A DNA stretch of 64,000 nucleotides from Pseudomonadota bacterium (lineage in GTDB: Bacteria; Pseudomonadota; Gammaproteobacteria; Steroidobacterales; Woeseiaceae), in contig JBCBNU010000008.1 of assembly GCA_039821645.1 (NCBI GenBank), positions 1,576-65,575 on the forward strand, given 5' to 3'. Below the pieces are notes generated by a model. The model ran no database searches. It saw nothing but the letters and a program-made list of their open reading frames with translations, and was not told where the DNA came from. Both the position numbers and the translations under genes were made by a program. Below are positions 1 to 7,183 of this stretch, one piece after another. Each line of letters starts with the position of its first letter. Position 1 is the stretch's first letter.

Positions 1-360
1 ACATGCCCAACTCAATCCAATCTCCTCGTCTACGACTGGAGTCCACGCCAGAGACTTTCCAGACAACTCCGATTCCGCGGCTTCGTTGAATGTAACAACT
101 ACAACGCCAGAAAATATTTCTAACGACGATACGACACCGTAGGAGGTATCGCTTGGCGTTTCACTCATACCAGCTTCCACACGGTTCTTCGGAAAGCGGC
201 CTGAGCTTAGAAAAATATCCGAAATAGCTGCTCGAGCCGCAGACGAAATCATCAGACCTTCACTAACGTCTCTACCAATAGGCGTGTTTGGCATGGTTTC
301 ACCGGCCAACACCGATAGCGAAAGAAACCACATGGCGACTATCGTAATAGTACCTCTCAC
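1..360 (-). CDS. Integron cassette ORF (start present, 3' end runs off the window): Sec-type signal peptide fused to a type IV pilin head domain
   Basis: Absent from the ORF track because it is open at the window edge. My reverse-strand translation starts at GTG 360, with GGAG at 367-370 (6-nt spacer). It reads MRGTITIVAMWFLSLSVLAGETMPNTPIGRDVSEGLMISSAARAAISDIFLSSGRFPKNRVEAGMSETPSDTSYGVVSSLEIFSGVVVVTFNEAAESELSGKSLAWTPVVDEEIGLSWAC... The pattern VSEG..(x)..G.FP.N...AG......Y(V).S.E...GVV..TF.....L.GK.L.W.P.......W.C matches PilE/PilA-class pilin heads. The hydrophobic alpha1-N segment is replaced by a signal-peptide-like N-terminus. Confidence 0.6.
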   Translation of the reverse strand, partial: MRGTITIVAMWFLSLSVLAGETMPNTPIGRDVSEGLMISSAARAAISDIFLSSGRFPKNRVEAGMSETPSDTSYGVVSSLEIFSGVVVVTFNEAAESELSGKSLAWTPVVDEEIGLSWAC

Positions 361-383
361 ATCAAACTCCTTCTCAAAACGCG

Positions 384-482
384 ATCTAACGCGTTAGCTC
401 AGCTGCACTTGAGGCTGGCGCGGGCTTGGCGACAGCCAAGCTCGTGACAGGGTCAAGTGACTGCTGCAGCGTCTGGTTAGGT
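384..482 (-). mobile_element. attC recombination site (~99 bp) between two integron cassettes
   Basis: On the cassette (minus) strand, the inverse core R'' ACCTAAC (482->476, fits RYYYAAC) overlaps the TAA stop of ORF 477-848. The core R' GTTAGAT (390->384, fits GTTRRRY) is complementary to R'' at 6 of 7 positions. Between them are imperfect inverted arms, GCTGCAGCAGTCACTTGA and TCAAGTGCAGCTGAGC, with unpaired bases, plus a central hairpin CTTGGCTGTCGCCAAG. Confidence 0.6.
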
Positions 483-848
483 TGCGACACGCTGCCACCA
501 AAGAAAGCCAGCTGCGACAATTGTTACTACGTTGAAGACCGGAGCTTTATTGTAAATGAGCGGCAATCGCTGCATCGGATCTCGACCGAACACCGCAGGA
601 ACGGCGACAATGCTAAGCCCGATGAATGCTACGACAACAAACCACCATGGGAGCTCCAGGAATCCCCAAACGATTAAGGCAAGCATCGCCGGAAAGGCCA
701 ACGCTCCTACTATTTGACGCCACATCGACTCGTGCTGTGTGAGGACGAGCCCGGCACTATCTCTGGACATGATTCGGATGGCATAACCCGCGATAAGGGA
801 AGCAGCCAGAGCGAGAATAAAAATTGCCAAGTTCACGTTCAGTTCCAT
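477..848 (-). CDS. First integron cassette ORF: small hydrophobic membrane protein (about 4 TM segments), function unknown
   Basis: The 123-aa ORF is transcribed away from intI. It is bounded by a GTTAGGT core 6 nt upstream of its ATG and by the attC overlapping its stop. The sequence is strongly hydrophobic (LAIFILALAASLIAGYAI, ALAFPAMLALIVWGFLELPWWFVVVAFIGLSIVAVPAVF). Confidence 0.6.
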   Translation of the reverse strand: MELNVNLAIFILALAASLIAGYAIRIMSRDSAGLVLTQHESMWRQIVGALAFPAMLALIVWGFLELPWWFVVVAFIGLSIVAVPAVFGRDPMQRLPLIYNKAPVFNVVTIVAAGFLWWQRVAT

Positions 849-1104
849 CTCGCGACCTAACAGCTGATTCTATGGAAGATGCTGAGTAACGTGCGTGCGG
901 TGTTGATCACTGTTTGGGCCCCTCCGTGGATCAAGTTAGTGTCTGTGAACACCCCAAAAACTACACTGAGTCTGTGATTGCCCGCAACGTGTAATTACAG
1001 CTGCGTCTTTTGAACTGCAGTCCTTGTATTCCATAGCGACAGGAAGCAGGACCTCGCGAGGTTACTGACAAACCACCCGTTTCTCACGATCTGGCCAGAA
1101 AGGC
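849..1104 (-). mobile_element. Putative attI / cassette-promoter region; recombination core GTTAGGT at 861->855
   Basis: This non-coding gap lies between divergent intI and the first cassette. The only GTTRRRY-type core (minus strand GTTAGGT, plus-strand coordinates 855-861) abuts the cassette. I found no matching RYYYAAC partner in 862-1104, so I read this as attI rather than another attC. Confidence 0.35.
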
Positions 1105-1164
1105 GTGAAGCGTTCAGGGGTGGATGCGGTGAAACTCCGAGGGAAAGAAACCCCGGGAGCAGTC

Positions 1165-2259
1165 ATGGACGACATCCGCCCGCCGATTGACAAGGAGCCT
1201 GAGCGCTTCATCGATCAATTGCGACGCAGCATTCGGAACGAAGGACTCAGTTATGAGACGGAGAAGACTTATGTGCATTGGTCGAAACGGTTTATCCGTC
1301 ATCATGGTTTCCGCCACCCCACCGATATGGGCGCCGAACAGGTGACGGAATTTCTGACCGATCTTGCCGAGCGGGCTCGGGTTGCGCCTGCGACCCAACG
1401 CACTGCTCTTAACGCACTCGTGTTTTTGTTCCAGCGCCATCTAAAGCAGGAACTCGGCATGCTGCCGTTTCGCTATGCGAAAAAACAACGGCCGATGCCC
1501 AGTGCGTTCACTCATATCGAAGCGAACGCAGTGATCGAACAACTCGACGGCGAGACTGCACTCATCGCGCGGCTAATGTATGGCGCTGGGCTTCGTGTCT
1601 CCGAAACGTTGCGCTTAAGGATCAAGGACATCGACTTCGGAGCGCTGCAGATCACGGTACGAGACGGTAAGGGTTCGAGCGATCGATGCACACTGCTGCC
1701 GACATCGGTTGTTGCACCACTCACCCAACAAATCGAAAAGGTCGAAAAGCTCCACGCGTTCGATACCACCTGTGGCTACGGTAAGGTGTACTTGCCCTAC
1801 GCTCTGGCGCGCAAATACCCGGAGCTCGCGAGCGAGACTGCGTGGCAGTTCTTGTTCCCTGCTCGCGAAATCTCCGCTGATCCAATCGACGGCACGCTAC
1901 GTCGTCATCACCGACACCCGACAGGCGTGCAACGGGCTGTGAAATGGGCGATCAAGGCCTCCGGATTCAAACGAAAAGCGAGCTGCCACACGTTTCGACA
2001 CTCGTTCGCGACGCGACTGATCGAAACCGGCTACGACATCAAACTCGTGCAGTCACTGCTCGGCCACAAAGACATCCGCACAACCGAGATCTACCTGCAC
2101 GTCGTGCGCAACCGCGCGGGCGCGATCGTGAGCCCGGTCGACAACTTAGCGACTACTCTTCATCGAGCAGCGGTGGCAGACGCACGCCCTGCAAGCCACC
2201 GGGTGAATCGAGCAATCCCTCTCCGGCGACAGCCGCCTCGACGTCGAGTCCAAAATTGA
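1165..2259 (+). CDS. intI: Integron integrase IntI (tyrosine recombinase)
   Basis: Box I is ARLMYGAGLRVSETLRLRIKDID. The catalytic K is in VRDGKGSSDR. The IntI-specific insertion is YLPYALARKYPELASETAWQFLFPA. Box II is HTFRHSFATRL...LLGHKDIRTTEIYLHV. I prefer the ATG at 1165 (GGGAG 5 nt upstream) over the track's GTG at 1105. The last ~35 aa are Arg/Pro-rich and overlap the convergent gene. Confidence 0.9.
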   Translation: MDDIRPPIDKEPERFIDQLRRSIRNEGLSYETEKTYVHWSKRFIRHHGFRHPTDMGAEQVTEFLTDLAERARVAPATQRTALNALVFLFQRHLKQELGMLPFRYAKKQRPMPSAFTHIEANAVIEQLDGETALIARLMYGAGLRVSETLRLRIKDIDFGALQITVRDGKGSSDRCTLLPTSVVAPLTQQIEKVEKLHAFDTTCGYGKVYLPYALARKYPELASETAWQFLFPAREISADPIDGTLRRHHRHPTGVQRAVKWAIKASGFKRKASCHTFRHSFATRLIETGYDIKLVQSLLGHKDIRTTEIYLHVVRNRAGAIVSPVDNLATTLHRAAVADARPASHRVNRAIPLRRQPPRRRVQN

Positions 2260-2536
2260 GCTCGAGATAGTCGAGCAACATCACGCGCACCTCGGGCGAC
2301 ACGACGGGCATGTTTTGAGTCTCGCTCATCCACGTCATGAGCTTGTCCCAACCCTCACGACTCTGCCGTTGCTGTTTGATCAGATCGAGCGAGTGGCAGG
2401 AACCACAAAAACCACCAGTGAGTTCGCGATTGGGGCCTGCGGGCCAGTCCTCGCCAAATGGGTCCGCATCAGCAAAGACGTCGCTGCACACCAGCACCCA
2501 CGCAACAAACAGCCAGCGGTATACAGTGGACATCAC
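2153..2536 (-). CDS. Small secreted mono-haem cytochrome c, probable electron-acceptor subunit of the adjacent molybdoenzyme (SorB-like)
   Basis: It has a signal peptide (WLFVAWVLVCSDVFA) and a single CXXCH motif (CGSCH). Its start overlaps the stop of the upstream Mo-enzyme gene. Confidence 0.7.
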   Translation of the reverse strand: MMSTVYRWLFVAWVLVCSDVFADADPFGEDWPAGPNRELTGGFCGSCHSLDLIKQQRQSREGWDKLMTWMSETQNMPVVSPEVRVMLLDYLELNFGLDVEAAVAGEGLLDSPGGLQGVRLPPLLDEE

Positions 2537-3855
2537 GCGTCACCCACCAGCACAGCGATCCGGTGCAGCGCATTGTTGAGATAACCCTTGGGGTTCCAGG
2601 CGACGACCATCGGCTGACGCTCGCCCGCTGAATCGGTCGCGCGTGCCCACACCTCAAAATACCCCTGAGACGGGAAGCGCAGCTCGGTCCGCCATGCTTG
2701 CCATGAACCAGGATTTGGGGCTTCGTCTAAAGCTGCGGGTTGCCAGCTGGCACCAAAATCAATCGAAGTCTCGACGCAAGCCACAGACCGGTCGCCCGCC
2801 CACGCGTGCCCTGCGACCCGCAACGGGGACACGGAAGACGCATAACGCACACCGTTCTTCGGAGTTGTAATCATCGACTTCACCGGCATCGAACCGATCG
2901 TCACGAAGTCCGCCTTCTCGACCTTCGAGCCGGGCACCACCGGCTGGCGCGGCACCGAGTACGACGGCGGCGCCATCTTCGCACCCGTCCATTTCTCGGT
3001 CGCCACATGAATCTGGGTCAACCACTTCTGCGAACACGAGCCTGGCCACCCGGGCACGACCAGCCGCAGCGGCGCGCCGTTATGCGGATGGATCGCCTCG
3101 CCGTTCTGCTCAAACGCGATGAGGTTGTTCGGATCCAATGCCTTCTCAATCGGCACGCCCCGCGACAAAGACTGCTTGTCCGGCACACCGGAGATATGCG
3201 CATCAGCGCCAAGGTGCCCTGTGTACACAGCTTCTGGTTTCACACCCGCGCGCTCGAGCACATCAACAAGCCGCACGCCGGTCCAACGTGAATTGCCAAT
3301 CGCACCGAGTGTCCACTGATTGCCGCTCGCCGGCGGGTTGAAGCTCGCCCGCCCGTTGCCGCCGCACTCGAGCTGAAGTGCGGCCTCCACCACCTCGAAC
3401 TCACGCTTGAGATCGGCGATCGACAACACGAGCTCACGCTCGACAGCGCCCGTGATTCGCAGCCGCCAGGCACCGACGTCCACATCGGTCGGCGGAATGC
3501 CGTTGTTGCGAATGAAATGCCGTTCGCGAGGTGTGACTAGATCGGTCAGTAAATGCGGTGGCGTTTCGGCATTCAGCGGACGATCGTTCAACAAGACGAG
3601 TCCAGACTTACCCGCAATTTCGAAAGGCTCGCCCGTCTCTGCAAAAGCGGCCGGGATCAGACCTGCAGGCATGTGCCGGTGAAACGGAATCCAGCCGCCG
3701 ACCGCCGCAGCCATCGCCGTAAGCCCCGCATTTTTCAAAAAACCGCGCCGCGAGAGCGCCGATCGACGCCCGAACACGGCGAGATCACCCCGCTCCGGAT
3801 TCTCTGCATACAATTCAAACAGGCCGCGTTCGACTCGGCTCATATCGATTCCCAC
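2533..3855 (-). CDS. Sulfite-oxidase-family molybdopterin oxidoreductase (SorA/SoxC-like sulfite dehydrogenase), Tat-exported
   Basis: The twin-arginine signal is SRRGFLKNAGLTAMAAAVGG. HFIRNNG is present, as is the Mo-ligand Cys context LECGGNGR. The C-terminal region looks like the dimerisation domain. Confidence 0.85.
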   Translation of the reverse strand: MGIDMSRVERGLFELYAENPERGDLAVFGRRSALSRRGFLKNAGLTAMAAAVGGWIPFHRHMPAGLIPAAFAETGEPFEIAGKSGLVLLNDRPLNAETPPHLLTDLVTPRERHFIRNNGIPPTDVDVGAWRLRITGAVERELVLSIADLKREFEVVEAALQLECGGNGRASFNPPASGNQWTLGAIGNSRWTGVRLVDVLERAGVKPEAVYTGHLGADAHISGVPDKQSLSRGVPIEKALDPNNLIAFEQNGEAIHPHNGAPLRLVVPGWPGSCSQKWLTQIHVATEKWTGAKMAPPSYSVPRQPVVPGSKVEKADFVTIGSMPVKSMITTPKNGVRYASSVSPLRVAGHAWAGDRSVACVETSIDFGASWQPAALDEAPNPGSWQAWRTELRFPSQGYFEVWARATDSAGERQPMVVAWNPKGYLNNALHRIAVLVGDA

Positions 3856-4012
3856 CCCGCCTCGCGAATCCCGCGAACTTCATCGCGATTATACGGTCTT
3901 TCCTGTTGAAGCCTCAGGGCGATCCGCCGCTAGACATATTTAGGACATAGAGTATCGTTACTCTGTGCTGGGGGGACATGATCTGAATGAGCTGTACACG
4001 GAGGACCGTCAT

Positions 4013-4708
4013 ATGTCAGCACTCGTAATCGCGGTAATTGGATTTGCTTGTTTTCTGGCCGGATTGGGCATCGCTTACTGGTTCATCAAGACCGATAGCG
4101 ATATCAACGCCGAAAAAGCGGAGAACCTCCGCACCGAGTTCGATACGTATAAGACTGACGTCAGCCAGCATTTCACTGAAACCGCTCGCCACTTCCAGGC
4201 GATCGGCGAACAATACCGCGCGTTGTATAACCACATGGCCGACGGCGCCGAGAACCTGCTCGGTCCCGAGGGCGAAGAGGCGCAACGCAAGTTTGCGTTG
4301 ATCGCACCCGCCGCCGCGGCAGCAGAAACCGCCGCCACAGATGCCGGCGAAGTGATCGAAAGCGCCGCAGTCGAACCTGAAGTAGAGGCTGAGGACGAGA
4401 CGGTTCAGGGCGCCATTGACGATGGCGAAATCACAGCAGAAGCGGAAGCACCAGAAGTCGAGCAGGAGGCGCCCGTCGTTGAGGCCGAGGCGGAATCGAC
4501 TGAAGAGATCATCGTAGACGAGGCTGCCGAGGAAGCAGTTGCTGAGGTCGAGGCTCCTGAAGCGAAAGAGGAAGCTGCGGAAGACGATACCGTTGAGATG
4601 AAAGCGCTGGATACATCAGCGATCGAGGCAGAAGCCGAGGACGAAGCGTCGGCGGTGGAAGGTGCGACGGTACATGTGTTGCACAAAGCCAAGGAAAACG
4701 CGGCCTGA
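4013..4708 (+). CDS. YhcB/ZapG-family (DUF1043) inner-membrane protein with a long acidic Glu/Ala-rich tail
   Basis: An N-terminal TM segment (ALVIAVIGFACFLAGLGIAYWF) is followed by SQHFTETARHFQAIGEQYRALYNHMA, which resembles E. coli YhcB SHFARSAELLDTMAHDYRQLYQHMA. I prefer the ATG at 4013 (GAGGA 7 nt upstream) over the track start at 3965. Confidence 0.7.
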   Translation: MSALVIAVIGFACFLAGLGIAYWFIKTDSDINAEKAENLRTEFDTYKTDVSQHFTETARHFQAIGEQYRALYNHMADGAENLLGPEGEEAQRKFALIAPAAAAAETAATDAGEVIESAAVEPEVEAEDETVQGAIDDGEITAEAEAPEVEQEAPVVEAEAESTEEIIVDEAAEEAVAEVEAPEAKEEAAEDDTVEMKALDTSAIEAEAEDEASAVEGATVHVLHKAKENAA

Positions 4709-4722
4709 CACGCTCTAGACAG

Positions 4723-4753
4723 TGCATATTTGGTCATTTTCACCAAATATGCA
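4723..4753. terminator. Perfect 12-bp inverted repeat (TGCATATTTGGT-N7-ACCAAATATGCA): hairpin/terminator or operator
   Basis: Read directly from the sequence, 15 nt after the yhcB-like stop and followed by TCTTT. The stem is AT-rich, so the terminator role is uncertain. Confidence 0.35.
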
Positions 4754-4812
4754 TCTTTACTGACCATTTTCGGTTTGCTACGTTATTAATCAGTAAACAG
4801 GGAGTTGCTGTC

Positions 4813-5547
4813 GTGTTTCGCGTACCCGTGATTCTGTTCGCCGTCGTGTTCTCTTTATCGTTGTCGCAGATGGCGTTCGCCCAATCTGGCAGCGGCCAGC
4901 TCGGTTTCCCCGGCGAGCCCATGAGCGAAAGACGTCTGAAAACAGCCAAGAAAGCGGAAGCAGCGTTTGAGGCGGGCAACTATAAAGACGCGTTTTGGTA
5001 CTACAGCACCGAACTCGCCCCGATTGGCGATAAGTACGCCCAGTACATGGTCGGCTACATGACGGCGCGCGGCCTCGGCACGCAAGCCGACCCGATCCGC
5101 GGCGCGGCCTGGTACCTGCTTGCCGCCGAGCGCGGCCATGACCCGCTGGTGAACAACTTCGAGTCGATTATGGCCGACCTCACGCCGACCCAAAGGGTCC
5201 GAGCGCAGGAAATCGCTGCGGAGCTGCGTGTCGAATATGGAGACCGCGAACTGGTCGAGCGGTTGATTCGTCTGGATATCGATCGGCTCGCGGAAACCAC
5301 CGGCAGCCGGATACGCGGCCGCGATAAATGCTCAACGCGCTCGCTGCGTGTGATCGACCCACGTCGTTTCGGCAGCATGGACGGATCGCGCTACTGCAAA
5401 ATGCTGAACGACCGCATTGATTCTCGCGTCGCCTACCTTACGGGCTACATCGAGTACAGCGGCCTGGAGCTCCTGCCCGACGAGGAGCTGGACAAAGCGG
5501 CGTCGAGCGAGACGGACGAGGACGAGACAGAATCGACCGACGAGTAG
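4813..5547 (+). CDS. Secreted Sel1-like (SLR/TPR) repeat protein with an acidic C-terminus
   Basis: It has a signal peptide (VILFAVVFSLSLSQMAFA). SLR-like motifs include AQYMVGYMTARGLGTQADPIRGAAWYLLAAERG. GGGAG lies 8 nt upstream of the GTG start. Confidence 0.7.
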   Translation: MFRVPVILFAVVFSLSLSQMAFAQSGSGQLGFPGEPMSERRLKTAKKAEAAFEAGNYKDAFWYYSTELAPIGDKYAQYMVGYMTARGLGTQADPIRGAAWYLLAAERGHDPLVNNFESIMADLTPTQRVRAQEIAAELRVEYGDRELVERLIRLDIDRLAETTGSRIRGRDKCSTRSLRVIDPRRFGSMDGSRYCKMLNDRIDSRVAYLTGYIEYSGLELLPDEELDKAASSETDEDETESTDE

Positions 5548-5563
5548 GCAGTCGCGTTTTGCG

Positions 5564-7042
5564 TTAGTCGACGCGCGCCAGCAACCGGATCACGAAAGAT
5601 GGTGCCCCTCCGCCGCTGTCGCCGTTCATAGCGCCGGTCAGCGCAATCTGCACACCAGTGACCGCCGCATCAAACCCATCAGCATCCGGCGTCGGCACGT
5701 AATCGAACGGCGCGCCACCCCCGGGCTGGTTGCTGAAGCGCACCCCCGTCGCAAAAGTGAGCGATACGCCGCTCGCCACCCCGCCATCGGTAAACACCAC
5801 CGGATCGCCTGAACCGGTATCCACAAAAAGAGAAAGGTCGTCCGGGATCACGTCGGTCAACACCAGCGTGTCGGTATCCACCGCACCCGAGCCAGTATTG
5901 GAAACACTGAGGTCATACGCTTTGATCGCACCGGGGATAGCGTAGGGGTTGGTCGTGCCGTTCACCGGGTCGGAAATCGTCGACGACACCTTGGTCACCT
6001 GCAGCTGCGGCAGGTCGCGCACATCAAGACAAACGTCATCAACGTGCCAGAAATCGAACGCGAGGCCCGAACCGCCCTCTTGGCGGAATCGAATCCGGAA
6101 CGCCGCATGCCGCGCGCCGACCGGCATCGCGTAGTTGCGATTAAAAATCTCGCCGGGCGTCCCGCTGCCACCAAACGTCTCGAGCAGTACCCAGGTGTTG
6201 CCTGAATCGAGGTACTCGATCGTGAAGTCTTCGATGCCATCGGGATTCTCGCTAAATGCATCGGCGCCGCGGCGTACCCACAGCGACACCGCATCGAACG
6301 CCGGGTCCGTCGTATCGATGGCATTCGAGGTGACGGTGACCTGCCCACCGTTCGTAAACAGACTCGCGCTGGGCGACTGGAAGGTTGCGCTACTGGTGCC
6401 CGCGTTGCCGCCGGCCGATGTCACCGTCCAGTTGGTCGAGAGTCCGGTATCGAACTCATCGCAAGTTCCGACAACAAGCGCGGGCGCTGCAACACGCTCA
6501 ACGACGCGAATGTCATCCACATGCCAGTAGTCAAAATCGTTGCCGGAGCCACCGGTCTGGCGCACCCGCAACGCGGTGTTCGCGTGCAATGCATCGGGTG
6601 GCAAGAAGATCGTATCCTGAAAAATCTGTCCTTCCGGGCCGCCACCGGGATAGGTGATGAGACTGCCCCAGGTGCCATTCGCGCGGCGATACTCGATCAC
6701 GAGATCTTCGCCGCCGTCCGGGTACTCGCTAAACGCATCGCTGCCGCGCCGCACCCAAAGGCTCACTTCCGCCGCGGGTACTGCCGCCGAGAACGTTGGG
6801 CCAGTCGTGATGACAGGATCGTGGCGCGTAAACAAACCGCGCGTGCCAGAGTTCGACACATCAACGCCGGTCAGGATGCCCGAGCGAAATCCGTTGTTCG
6901 TGGTCCACGGCGCAATATTGGCGCGCTCGAAATTATCCGTGAACAGCACATCGCCGGGTGCAGCAAAAGCCGCACCCGGAGCAAGCAGCGCGAACCACGT
7001 CATTGCGGTGCGCCAGTGTCTCAGGCGATGGGTCAGGGACAT
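5564..7042 (-). CDS. Secreted protein with two copies of a ~190-aa domain and a C-terminal DUF11/CARDB-like beta domain
   Basis: It has a signal peptide (WFALLAPGAAFAAP). The internal duplication is visible as LWVRRGSDAFSEYPDGGEDLVIEYRRANGTWGSL...DFDYWHVDDIRV versus LWVRRGADAFSENPDGIEDFTIEYLDSGNTWVLL...AFDFWHVDDVCL. The C-terminal segment LQVTKVSSTISDPVNG...YDLSVSNTGSGAV is DUF11-like. Confidence 0.7.
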   Translation of the reverse strand: MSLTHRLRHWRTAMTWFALLAPGAAFAAPGDVLFTDNFERANIAPWTTNNGFRSGILTGVDVSNSGTRGLFTRHDPVITTGPTFSAAVPAAEVSLWVRRGSDAFSEYPDGGEDLVIEYRRANGTWGSLITYPGGGPEGQIFQDTIFLPPDALHANTALRVRQTGGSGNDFDYWHVDDIRVVERVAAPALVVGTCDEFDTGLSTNWTVTSAGGNAGTSSATFQSPSASLFTNGGQVTVTSNAIDTTDPAFDAVSLWVRRGADAFSENPDGIEDFTIEYLDSGNTWVLLETFGGSGTPGEIFNRNYAMPVGARHAAFRIRFRQEGGSGLAFDFWHVDDVCLDVRDLPQLQVTKVSSTISDPVNGTTNPYAIPGAIKAYDLSVSNTGSGAVDTDTLVLTDVIPDDLSLFVDTGSGDPVVFTDGGVASGVSLTFATGVRFSNQPGGGAPFDYVPTPDADGFDAAVTGVQIALTGAMNGDSGGGAPSFVIRLLARVD

Positions 7043-7183
7043 GCGTCATTGCAGCCAAATTAACCTCAACACAGTCTATCGAGCAGCGACTTGACATAGC
7101 GTGCGAAAGATCACATTGCGAAACATGTGTCTGAAGCATTTTTTTGTTAGCTTTCAGGCCTTTCTCATCGACAGGCAACCCTA

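Noticed and set aside
426-677. 83-aa plus-strand ORF
   Set aside because: It begins inside the attC and runs antisense to the hydrophobic cassette ORF. It has no RBS and its orientation is opposite to cassette transcription.
862-1104. A second attC or an empty cassette between intI and the first cassette
   Set aside because: No GTTRRRY/RYYYAAC pair is present. The only repeat is a short unrelated one (CTATGGAA...TTCCATAG, 150 bp apart). I treat the region as attI/promoter.
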